Positions 39,101 through 52,815 of a stretch of 64,000 bases of DNA are shown piece after piece. Under the pieces are notes generated by a model, which was not told the origin of the DNA, made no database searches, and was given only the letters and a program-made list of their open reading frames with translations. A program made the position numbers and the translations under genes. The DNA is from Lingula anatina. Taxonomy: Eukaryota > Animalia > Brachiopoda. The number at the start of each line of letters is the position of its first letter. Positions within the stretch are counted from its first letter, which is position 1. The stretch lies in the NCBI GenBank assembly GCA_051362555.1, contig CM120641.1, positions 48,304,401 through 48,368,400 of the forward strand, written 5' to 3'.

Positions 39101-42100
39101 CTAAACCTGTATAATTGCCTTTCCAGTATTTAATGTCTCACCATGAAATTATTTCTGCCAGCCAGATAATGCTGACCTTGCATGAAGATTACCATTGTCT
39201 TATAGTTATACTGTGTGTGTGTGTAGGGGGGGATATTTTCCTTTTTGATGGAAGAAAGGATAAAGATAATCAAATTGTAGAATTGTTAATACACATAAAT
39301 CTAAACTGTTTTTTAAAATTCACAATCATTACCTCTGCCAGGTTATGTTTTCACCCCTGTTTGTTTGTTTGTGTCTGTCTGTCATCAACATAACTCAAAA
39401 AGTTATGTACCGATTTTGATGAAATTTTCAGGAACTGTCAGAAGTGGGCCAAGGAACAGATGATTAGTTTTTGGTGGTGATCTGGATCAATAATCTATCA
39501 ATAATCAATAATATTCAAAAATTGCTGCCTTCGCAGAGGTCTGCACTCTCGGATTGCTTTTCTAGTTGTTTCTTTTTTTTTATCAATTAAAGTTGGCACT
39601 ATCCACATAAAATCTTCCAACAGATATGTGGTAATAACAGTAGGGGAAACTTGGTTAAGGTGTCTAAGGAACACTCTTTGTGTTTTTTTCAACTTTATCA
39701 TGCCTTCTCAAAATTGACAAAAATGTTTTTAGTTCATTTCAAATTTTATCTTTGGCTGACATTACACAGGTTTACAGTCAACTAATCAATTCAGAAACAC
39801 ATACATATAAACATGCAGTCACACAACAGGTGGAAATGAAGAAAACTTTAGATCAGAATTAGGCTTCATTCAGTCTATGTCATTATGTGGGCAGTGAACT
39901 CTCTTCTAGTGGCTGTTAAAAGGGAAACTGGGTTTGACTTCCTCAAAGTATTAACTCAATCTTTTCAAATGGGGGGGGAATACTGTCCTTTTCAAGTAAA
40001 AATTAGAATATACCTATCGAGTGTTAGCAATGAAGTTAAAAAGCAGGCCCCTATACAGCTGTATTCTGTGCAGTAAAATGCTATTTAGAAATATAATTTT
40101 TGTGACTAAAAAAATTTTGTAAGTTTGATAATTTTTGCCCATTGAAAAGATAGAGTAATTATAATAGTTGACAAACACAAAGCTGAACTGTTTTTGAACC
40201 CAAAAGCTAACTGCAATTTGATGAATTTCCAACATGTGCTTCCTTCATTATAGTAAGTGCAATGTGTGTAATTTTTGCAACTTAGAGAGAAACCTGTTTT
40301 CCCTGAATTCAGACTATGAATAATTATCAACCTAGACTTGTTCCTCTTCCTTGTTGTAATTTGTCTAAGATCTAGGTTGTCGACCAAATAAGCTTGTTTT
40401 TATCACATTCAGAGTAACCTGTGTTCAGTTTGAGAAGTTATGTGATACTGGCAGCTGGAGATCTAGCTATGATACAAAACATAACTATGACAGCCACCAA
40501 ACTGTCCAAAAATACATCTAAATCTTGCTACTGGCTGCTATCACTGTTTTATCTTTACATAATAAGTGTGTAGTATCACACAGAATATTTAAACCTAGAC
40601 ACCTATAACACCATTATCAATTCATCTAACTTCATTGTTCTAACAGCTTTAGAGATTAGTATTTTTGCATCTGTTTTTAGGATACATAGATAACCATGTA
40701 AAATATTGTGTTTTGTTTAAAGGCTTTAGAAATTTATATTTTGTGCATCTTTTTTTATGTTAATATTCATCGTTTTGTTTTTGGAGTTTCTCTTCATTTC
40801 AGGTTCATAACAAATAAAACTGTCCTGTTCTGTTTTCAGTTCTCCTGTTACTACATGTTGACATGAAGGTAACAGATTTCAATTGCTTACAACTGCTAGT
40901 TCCACATTCCTAACTACACACTACTGTTACATGCCAAGATTGAGAAAGTGCCACATGCAAGCTGCAGTGTAAGAAATTATCATGTTAACTTAAATGACTT
41001 CTTCACATTTCCATCTGTCACTGTCATGTAATACTTTAAACTATCATGCAGACAAAAATTTTAAAGCTGCAGCTGTAATACTGAGAAGGTTCTACATATC
41101 AAAGATGGTGTCCCTGACCTGTCTATATTCTTGCGAGGACTTCGTGGCTTGGGCACTGGTTGTACGTGAGGACTGTCACTGTGGCCGACAGGATCGTTGA
41201 GGTCAGAAGGTATTGTAATACTCTCAGACTTTCCTGTCCGTCTGCCGGGATAACCTTGGGAATGCTCAACCCCCTGGGAATGGAGACAATATTATGAAAT
41301 AATATACCAAATTCTTGCAAGGCAAGAAATGTGAAATATGGCCAATTACTGAAACAAAAGGCTTGAAATACTTTCACAGTTTTAAAGTTTGTACCCAAGT
41401 ATTACAATGCAACAGGTGGCAAAAAAGAAAATATTTTAAAAAATTACTAACTGAAAAACCCAATAATTTTGTCTAACAATTCAGATAACAGATATATAAG
41501 TAGAAATATATACTTACGTCTTCTTGGAACATTTCAGTGGCGGCAGAGGTAGACCTGTGTCTCTTTGGTTTGGCGTTAGTGTCGCCCTCTAGTGAGACTC
41601 CAGATCGTGGTGACAACAATCCTTCATCATCCTCATCCTCCTCCTCTTCATCATCGTGGTCTCTGCAAAAAGAACAAACACTCGTTCTATTTTCTTCAGC
41701 ATTTTCCAACTTTTCCATAATTACTAACTGAAGGACAGTCTTGAAGTTTATCAGTCCCTCCCTAAAGTTCTTATTTCTTTTTATTCTCATTTTCAACCTT
41801 CTGGACTTTTCCTAAATGTATTTACATTCTAATAATTCTTTAAGCATTGTCATTAATTGTACACTGCTACAATCTAAACAAATCTCCAGTTCAGAAAAAA
41901 TTAGCTAAATATCACCACCCCTGGCCTTCAGGGCAATAAAATATACAAAACCCAAAGTTCTAGTAAAAAATGTCAAACCAACTAATGAAGTCTCAATCAT
42001 TGCAGTAAAGAGTCATAATACACTTTCAAGAAATCTAATGATTTTATCTGCACAAAGTCAGTTATGTGTAGCATATGTGACAGAAAGTCTACACAGTGTT

Positions 42101-42627
42101 TGCTGTTTGACACCTGTATCTAAAACACCACCACCTCAACTTACATGTATCTATTGGGAGACGATGATTCCTCTCGGACCTGAGCCTCTTTAGTTCTGTC
42201 TTTCCTTTTCTTTCTAGGCGCTGGCGTAGGAGCTGAAGAATAAGAAGCACAGGTCATACAATAAGGAAGAGGCATATCTGCAACTCTGCCTAGGCCCCAA
42301 GGCAAGCTATTATCCTTACTTGTTTGCCGAGTTACAATAATCTGAAATGAATGAGTCACACAGCTGTTGGGAAGAATAAAGTGGACACAGTTTTGATCTT
42401 TGATCTTTTTATACTGTCCAAGTTGACAACATGCCTGAAGAGGACTGGTTTCAGCAACAACATGGCGTACCTATGTCCATTATGTCACACATGTCCAGGT
42501 CGGTATTCTAAGACCTTAAAGTACACCATAATTAGGATGCCTTATTAAAGAGAACCTGGGGACTCATTAAAGGTCATGGTAATGTTAATATATGTTAATA
42601 GTTTATCAATCAATGCTGCCTGGTTAA

Positions 42628-42663
<36 letters not shown>

Positions 42664-42930
42664 CACGCGCGTATGTGCGCAAACATGTGTGTGCATGTAC
42701 ACATGCAAATGAGATGGCTTTCTAAAAGTGTATGTCTAAATCAAAAATCTTCTCGATAAAAAAATTTTTCCCACTGATTTAAGATATTTATCTTAACATA
42801 AATACTGTACTTACTGACAGGCTTGTGATCACTGTCATCATCAGAGCTGATGTCACTGCCAAACAGGTAGTCCTGGGTCACCTCACTGATCACATTCTTC
42901 ACCACTCTGTAATAAAAGGACCAGTTAGAC

Positions 42931-42980
<50 letters not shown>

Positions 42981-45900
42981 GAGGGGTAATCAAATCATGC
43001 TTCAAACATTTCATCAACTTAATTAATTTATGTCTTTATTTTACATAACTGAGACTGATTTTTTTTTTTTATACAGTACCTACAAGTACTAAGCCAGCTT
43101 TAGTAAATTTAATGGTATTCAAGAAACCTTTTAACTATAAGTATTGGCCACATGTGCAAACCTTATTAACCCATTACTGATTAAAGACTAATTAACATGA
43201 CTGACACAAATTAAGCGAGCTCAAAATCAAAGCAGATTCACTTACTCTGAGGCGACCACATCAATTACAGGAGAAGCCATTGTGGATCCTGTCTCACTGA
43301 AAGAAGATAGGTTTACTCACTAAAAGAGTATAGATTTACTGAGAATTCTAGACTATGTACTGCAATTACCTTAATAGGTTCATCAATCACTTCTTATGGT
43401 CATTAATGGTGCACCAGGAGTGGGCGGGAATGTTCTCAGGATATTCTCAGGTAAGATATACAAATTGGAGTGATACTCATTTCTTAATAATAGTTTTCAT
43501 GTCACATATGAACTATGTTGGTGATAATGCAGTAACATTAGTAGTGCTCCACTGGCATGTGCAGAGCTTTGGATCTGACGGAAAAGCGTATTTCTATCAA
43601 GGCACCATATGATATGTACTATGTAGAACTCAAACACATGAACAATGTTCTAAGTCCCTCCTCATTCCAGGTCTTCTCTATATGACGACAAGTTGACATC
43701 ATCCAAAACAGTTAACTTTTTTTGCATTTCAATATTAACTCATTCACACAGACATGCTAAAAACTTAATACACATGGGCATTCGAACCTGCAGTTATGAA
43801 ACTTTTGCCAGACCAAAGGACTTTTTTGGGACTGAATGTAAATTCGAAATGCTCCCTCTGAAAATTGCTGCAAGTCCTTCGGATGGACGAGACACATTTT
43901 TCAACTGATCCTTGAAAATTATTTTGGCCAAGACGGGTGGGACTGACAGTTTCAGCATGTCTGTTCAGTAACATAATATTCTAATCAGTCATATGTCCCA
44001 TCGAACACACACCAGTAAGGGTGCTGTCTTGTTATAAATTATTACTGGTAGTATGTGCACAATATGTAACCATTTTAACATATTACACATGAAACAAAAT
44101 GTACATCATCTTAACAACTAGTAAATTTAGGTACTGTTACAAACCTTTCTAAGTGAAAAGGAGACGTTGCTCTTGGATCCAAAAACTCATCATCACTAAA
44201 GCGCGGGCTGAGCATGCTACGACTGCGAGGAGTTGTTCCGCGTGATTCATCACTGCCCTCTACTTCCTCGCTGTCCAGGTACGCACCGCCATCTTGCTTC
44301 ATCTTCGACTGCAAGTCAAGCCAATCTTTCAGGTGATATCTCATTTTTATATATTAAAGTCTATTAATTTACTTTTTCAGTTAGTGTTTCTGAAAATAAG
44401 TGACAAGTGTGACATATTGATTTAAACAACATTATTTTAAAGACTGCCTACTATAACCTAGCCTGTCCACTGCAAATCTGGTTGAAAATTGCTGTTATCT
44501 TGTAACTTACCCGTCTAGGAGAGGGTACTGGGGCGCTGACATTGCTGCTGTCTATCTCAAATTTTGGTGGTGGAGGGCGTGGAGGGGGGGTTCTGGGCTG
44601 CTTGGCTTCCTGAACCTGCAGCAATACAACAAATTTATAAATATACACGTCATGAAATATCTGACATTAGTCATTCAACTTTGAATAAGTCACAGAAACT
44701 ATTGGCTGATCATTTTCTTTTCACTTGTAAATATATGAAAACTGAATATTGCATTTTTTAAGTATCACAATCTACTATGCAGTTAAAAAATAAACAGGCC
44801 TGTCCTCAGGCACGTACGCCCGTGCATGCAAGCACGCACACACATACACTACTCCAGTATAAGTCATATCTGTCCATCAGATCTCACCTGTATTCTCTGT
44901 GACTTGGCTGGAGCTGGTTTCAGTTCTTCCTCTGAGGAGTAAATCTTGTCATCAAAGAGCTGTTCAAACTGATTGATAAACTTGCAGACAATCTGGTTGG
45001 TCACCCCTTGCTCTTTCAGTCCTGCTATACCGTCACTGCACCTAAATGATGTATAGGTATGAATCTCTCTTATCTCTGGCCTTGACTTACTAACTGGTGA
45101 ACCTCACCTTGTGAACCCTCTTCCAGATTATTTTAACAAGTGCACAGTTAATTTTGCTGATAAAAAATATAAATATCAACAATGAAGTTCACAGATATAT
45201 TTTCAGATAACTAAAAGGACTTTATGTCAAGAGGCTGACAACTTATGACTGGTCAAGAGCAATGGCTTGCACATGTTTGTTGATGAGACCAGTCTTCTCT
45301 ACAGAAAATCTTTCACCTTTTTAAAAAAACATCTCTCAAAGGTGAGTACAAGTAGCAATGACTTTAGTAATACCTGACTGTAATGAACAGCCATATATTG
45401 TATTGTGAAGAATTTTGTCTATACAACTCCAGCTAATTTTACAAGCATGTAATATGAACAGCAAAGCAACCTTTTGCATCAATAAACCTTTTCACAGTAA
45501 CTGAATATTGGTTTAAGTATACACGGCATATAGATGGAATTAGCTGGAAGTATTCAATTTAGAACTCTATCTCTGGCATCCAGGTAATAAATAACTCTAG
45601 TTAAACAACCCACCCCCATTATCCTGGTACCCGTCTTATAACTACTGTACATAGAACAAATAATCAATCTTATATACTAGCTGTCACATTTATGTATCTC
45701 TTCACATGTTCATATGAATAGTAATACAGTTGAAACAACCACTAGACCAACTTCAGTATATGCTATTTCTGTTTTCATGAATAAAATATTCTAGTCAATT
45801 CAATCTAAACTAAATAGGTATGACATTAAATAAATAAATAAATAAATAAATAAATGTTCCATTTTCTTGAAGCAATATAACATTTAAGCCAGAAGTAGAC

Positions 45901-48900
45901 TGATGTATTAGCCTGGTGTAGGTGTGGACCAGTCCCATACAGAACCAATACCATAACCCAAGAGTCAGACCATCTATAGACATCCAATGGTTTCAAACAT
46001 TGGAATCCCATCTTTATCTATCTGCTCTTCTAGCTAAACCACCTGATGCTGTTAAACTGATTTCTGAACTAGGCCACTTCTATGACCCCATTCCCATTGA
46101 CAACATCGGTCTACCTGGAACAAAACCAAGTCTGTGGGGACTCTCGCTGAGTGCAATCAGCTAGACTGAATGACATGCCTCCTCTTGTTTCTAATATACT
46201 GGTAAAACCACCAGCATTTCTGTATCCTGTAATAGATGTGGAACCAGACCCCTACTGTACCCACCTGAATAAATTAGGCCCAAACACAATCCCCAGGGCC
46301 ATGGCACTCATCTTATTGCTGTTCTCTCTCTGAGCCACGTGGACCAGGAATCGACACAGGTACTTCAGCTGGGCGTAGTTGATCTTGGGTAAAGTCTTAA
46401 TCTGCTGCTTTAACTTCTGTGTGCACAGCTCATCCTTGTCACCATATTCTGAGGAAGAGAGAAGAGTTCTGTTAGTGCAAGAATGATTTGCATATATATA
46501 TAACAAGGCAGCAAAGCTGTCAAATGTACAGACAAAAAGCAGACAATTACAATGCACAAAATAGGCTGCTGTCAATTCTGATGCAAAAGTTCATTATGCT
46601 TAACTGCAAATTCAACATCAAATTTTAATTATGCTCAACAGGTAATACCAATGTAAGTGAAATGTGAAACAAGCGTAAGGCTTCGGGCCCATGGGAGTTT
46701 AAGTTCACACTTTGAATATGCCAGAATGAGAAAAATGAAAATTTCACATAAAACTGCTTAAATTCAATAATAAATGATAACCCATTTGAGCTGGCTTTCT
46801 TATTTGAACTACATGCCAATCCTACATATCATACTTGCAAGTTGAAAATACTAACAAGTAACACAGTTTTCTTTTCATAATGTTTGTAGTAGCAGTGCAA
46901 AAAGATTTTTGTCAATTTTGATGTAACATTACATAATAAATTACAGAATAATTATCACCAATTTTTGATTATTGACTATAAATAGCATGGACAAGTAGAG
47001 AATTTGATTACCATTTGGCTTCATGTCCATGGGAGCTTCGAGTCCCACAATGAATATGCCAACATGATAAAAATGAATATTTCACTAAAATGTATAACTT
47101 CCAGAAAAAGAAGCCAATTAGACTGCTTTTCCAGCTCAGGCTGCATTTAAGTCCTTTGTTTCTTTTTTGAAAGTTTGACAATCATAAGTAACATGGTTTT
47201 CCCATTATGGTCATCATGGCAGCAGCACCCAAAATTGTGTTTTCTTCTATTTTAATGCAATATTACATAATGCTTAACAGCATAATGACCATCAGTTTTT
47301 AATAATAAAAGATCCGTATCACAGATTTTCAGAAAATGTGATTAGCATGGGTCTTCAAGCTCGTGGAGGTTCTTAAGTCACACTTTGAAAATGCCAATAT
47401 GTGAAAAATTAAATTTTCACAAAAAAAAAAAAAAAAGTTTAACTGCCAGAAAAATTTACCAAACAAACTGCATTGCCCACTGAAGCTTTATTTAAGTCCC
47501 ATGTTTCTTTCCTGTAAGTTTGAGAACAGTAAGTGACATGGTTTTCCTTAAATGGTTATCATGGGAGCAGTGTCCAAAATAGGGGTGTCTTCAAATTTTG
47601 ATGCAATATTACATAATGTTTAACAGGATAATTACCATCAATTTTTAATAATAAAATATTAGTATCATGGATATTCAGAAAATGTTTAACAGGATAATTA
47701 CCATCAATTTTTAATAATAAAATATTAGTATCATGGATATTCAGAAAATGTTCCTAGCAAAGGTCTTCAGGCACAAGGAACTTCAAAGTCACAACTTGAA
47801 AATGCCAAAATGTAGACAAGACAGCACTGTCCTGAAATGTGTTTTTTTTCCATTTTTAACAATTTTTTAACATATAACAAAATTAACAATTTACTGCCAT
47901 TTTATATGACCAACTAAGAAAATTGATGAGATAGGAAAAATATCAATAGAACAGTGTTAAATGTCCAATTTCCTCCATTCTGAGATTCTGAACATAGTGA
48001 ATGAATGAATCTGACAAACTGCAATGATATGGGTTTATTTCCATTTTTGAAACTCTATTATACAATACGTTTACCATCATTTTTACATAATCAACTAACA
48101 ATGTTGTAAAGATGCAGGAAATGTCAAACAAACACTTTTACGAATCTTATTAGTTAAATAATGAGACTGTTAACATGCCTAAGAATTGAATCTGAGGAAA
48201 TGTGAAAAAACAGCATAACTTAAAAAATAATGGCCTGATTATGCTGATATTCGAACTTGACCTGCGAATTAGTAAGATTAATTACTCCTGTGAGTTTCAT
48301 GACAACAGGTCCATCGGTTTTCCTTGAAATGTGTTAACAGTGTTGCACATATGCTGAAACGTGAAAAAATCAGCATAACTACTAAAATAGTGGCCCGATC
48401 ATGCTGATTTTCGAACTTGATCTGCGTTTTAGTAAGATTGATTACTCCTGTGAGTTTCATGACAACAGGCCTATCGGTTTTCCTTGTAATGTGTTAACAG
48501 TGTTGTATATATGCTAAAAAGTGAAAAAACCGCATAAATTCTACAATAATAGCCCGATCATGCTGATTTTCGAACTTGACCTGCGTTTTATGAATATTAG
48601 TCAGCTCTGTAAATATTAAGCCAAAAAGTAAAACTGTCTTCCACTTATGGTGTTAACGCTGAAAGTGCACGGCGACATGATCGGCGACGGCGACGGCGAC
48701 GACAGACGCAGGTGATGGCAATATGTACAGACACATCTGTGTCTGTACATAAAAATTTGATAAAAATGTTGGTATCTGTAGTATCATCCCTACAACATTA
48801 TTTATCACTGATCAATGATCACCTTTAAAACTTACTGAAAAATAATCAATCTAATGCTGTAGAAAGTTATTAACAAAAGCAATGGGCATTTAATCACTCA

Positions 48901-51900
48901 ATTGTTTGATTTATGGCAATATGAACCATTTGTGACACACGGAGTTCTAGGAAACACCATAACACTTACAAAATACTTCACTGAAATTAGTACTGTACAA
49001 TACCTTCATGTATCTCCACATATTTCTGTGTTTCGCTCTCTGGGATGACAGCATCAGGAAGTTCCCGAAGGAACAACTTTAGCAGCCCCGCCACCGCCAT
49101 GACATCTCCTGCCTCAAGGAGATCCGCGTCCCCTGTCTTGTCAAAAGACGCCTTCAACTTTTCCACCACTCTGGCGTTGCCGTTGACACGGAAAATACCC
49201 TCGTGACCAATACCTGGTGAGAGACAGAAGTGAATTATCACATTGGATGTTTGGTTTTATTGACATCACAAAACATATCCCAATCTTATTATTGTATATC
49301 AGAATTTGACTTGTGGTTGTTTTATATAAGAGCACTGAGCTACATTTAGAGAACTGATTCATTTTATATGTTATATGTTTGTCAAGTGTCAAAAAAAAAA
49401 AAAAGACTGTGAAAACCAAATCTCCCACATGTATTTTGCATTGTTGGCACACAATTTGTATTGTCTTTGTGTATGCAGTAATGGTAACGTGCAGATAGTA
49501 TATTACATGAAAACTAAATCACTGACATACAATATGTAACAAATGTAACATTTCTTCTCTGTATAACATGCAAACTCTGTCGATCTTGTAAATATCACAA
49601 ATAACATCTGTTCACACCGCAGCACAATTAGCTTTTAAACTTTAGCAGCATCCACTTCATGTAACAGTCTGTCCAACAAGCAAAGAGATCAATGTAATTA
49701 ATAAATACTGTTGACTTACCATGCATACGGATAAATTCACATATTTTGCGCACCACAAAGGGAATTTCCTGGTCTTTGGTGATTAGATCTTCCAAAGGAA
49801 GTCCAAATGTCTTGTTGGGAGAGCCATTGGTTGTTTTTCTTTTACTTAATGGAGAGCTCAACAACTTCTTCATTTTGTCCATACGACTTTGTTGACTAGA
49901 GGTTATCCTGAGGCTCTAAAAACAAGAAGAAACTTCATTTTTTCAAAATTATTTTCAAATGTAGTTTGTGAACATTTCAATGATAAAGTATTATTGGGAT
50001 TTCAATAATGTATCATACCACAGAAGTCTGATTTTAAAATAAAATGAAAATGTTACTTTCAAAAAGTTTTCATAATGATAAAAAGCATACAGAAAGAGAT
50101 AGTTAAATGCTGGAACCAAATATGTAAAGAAGAAATAAAACTTCTGTGGCCATAAGTAAATTGAATCAATTATGGCAAAAAAGGAATTAAGTTTTTAAGT
50201 GAGTTACTCATCTCTATCAGCTCAATTAAGAGTGAGAAGTTAGGACAAGCATCAAATGTAAGAAATAAAGCAGATGCGGCTGCAATTTAAGAGATCTAGG
50301 TGAGGATGAGTTATAGTGAAGCCAAATTTCAATGTTTAGGTGTAGAACTAGGCTGAATTTTCATAATTAGGTGAAGAGCGAAGCCCAATATCCATAATTA
50401 AGTGTTAAACTAAGCTTTATATCCATAATTTGGTGTAGAACTAAGCCAGATATCCATATTAGATGTAGAACTAAGGCAAATATCCATAATTAGAACTAAG
50501 GGCCAAGCCTATCATGATGTAATGTTGTACACCACTAAATCTTCTAGTGGGACCTTGTATTAATGTAGTGCACATAACTATGAAATGGTATGAAAACAAA
50601 ATCAAATTCCTCTCTAGTGCAATTAAGTCAACCAAAGAACCCACAGAAAAGGATAGTTGTGTCTCACAAAAAAAGAAAAAAAAAATCACAGAAAACACCA
50701 ACCAGATTTGCATTCCATTTGATATGCGATTGCATACTAGTAAGTTATGTTCAGTGAATCTGTACCATAGCACTGGGAACATACTCATATTACCAACATT
50801 CTACACACTTCTTAACTGATTAACATTTTACTATTTATCATAATAATAATAATATTAATATTAATAATAATAATAATAATAACGTATACAAAGTATATGA
50901 TCTAACATAACAATACATATAAAAATACCAATATTACCAATATTTCTGTAGTAAAATACCTATTATTTCCAAAATCAATGTAAAAATTCACAAGATCAAA
51001 TTGTGGGCTTTAAAAAATTTCAAACTTTTACTAGCAAAATCTATGCAATCAGTGCAACCTATCAACCAGCCACCTTTCACCCTTAGTTTCATAGCACTGA
51101 CAATGCATTTCCCTTGCCCAGTATACTCCTTCCATTATCAGCCTGCCAGTTTCTAGTAGCAAGTTATACTCAGGGTATTAATCTCACTCCCTATATCATA
51201 GTACTCCATGATAAAGAACCATGAATATATCTGTGTATCTAAGGGTGCATTCAGATTCACATATTGTACTAGCTAGGTCAGTCCAACTCTGTGGGAGATA
51301 CTGGCTCAAGTACAATCAGTGGAATCAGCTTAATCAGCACAGTGACACCATAGTTAATTACCTCCTAGCTGCTTAAGGAGGCATGTCAGACAATTCAGCT
51401 GACTCAATTGATTGCACTTTGGTGAGGATCTCCCGCAGAGTTGGATTGCCTAGCTAGTACGATGTGTGAATCTGAAAGCCACCTATATCCACACAGTCAT
51501 TATCAGAGCTCACTTTTACAGGATGATGTTTGGGAACAAAGTGGCTAAAATCTGGCAGTGCTGGTTATAAAGTAGATGGACACAGGCAATTAATATTACA
51601 TGTTGTCCATTATTAATTAAAATCAGAGGCATTGCTGGGTCTCTGGTTATAAAGCAGATGGACATAGGTAATCCATACCACCATATGTATAATTAAATCA
51701 CAGGCATTGCTGGGGTCTCTGGACTCAGTGGAGTGCCCTGTATCTTTGGAATAGGAACAGCTGCTGGTCCAGCTCAAATAGATCACCATCACTACATGTG
51801 TTCTTCTTCTCCAAAGTTTGTTAACTTACACATATTTGCTTATATATATTAGCTTTAAAGACACATACAAATATAAACAAATTATACTGGCACTCCCTTC

Positions 51901-52736
51901 TAGAAGACAAACACCAAACTTAAATGTGAGGTTTAAAAGTGACCAGTTGCTGCACTGAAAATCGCATTCCGTGTCACAATAAAAAAGTTTTTTTTTTATC
52001 TCACCTGTCTACTAGTAGTCACTCCAAACCACTGAGGCATGATAAGTGTTATACAGAAGAATAACTGCTACTGCAGATTATACTAGTGCTATAAAGTATA
52101 CACTACTGGTACACACTTGAAAATTCTTCTCTCTGGTAATTCCATTTCTGCTCAAGGTAGATTTTCCAGATTCTCATTAACTCCCATAAAGAACTTCAAT
52201 TCCTAGCTCAATTATGTCTTTCTGCAATTTTTTAATTAAATTAATCAGGAAGAAACTTTTAACTTTTTCCTCTCTTGCAGCTGTTGCATGTCATTTTAGT
52301 GTTTTCACAAAGACTTTCTATCCTTTTTTTTTCAATTAATAATCAGATGATCCATCTGCCGCCTGTGATGAACAAGATGTTCACAGTCATACAAGGTCCT
52401 GGTTAATACGTCACTTTGTTGGTTAAAATGTGATGTCATGAGTGACAAGAATCACTGGAAAACATGATACATCAAAGACTGGGTTCCCACAGATTTAGAT
52501 CGATCCATCTGGATTGACCTAACTCCATAGGGGTTCACGCTAAATTGCTGTCAGCTTCCAGGAGCCGAGCGCGCACTAAAGTTAATTACCCCCTTACAGC
52601 TTTTAGTAGACGGGACAGACATTTAAGCCGGTTAAGCTGACATCAATCTACTGAGAATTCCCAGGGGGAAAGATCGATCTAAATATCTGTGGGAATGGTC
52701 TCAAAGATACCAACTGACAGAAGCTCTTACAATTTT

Positions 52737-52815
<79 letters not shown>

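Noticed and set aside
45922-46333. Plus-strand ORFs antisense within a FAM13 intron/exon
   Set aside because: Non-ATG starts, no splice or domain support.
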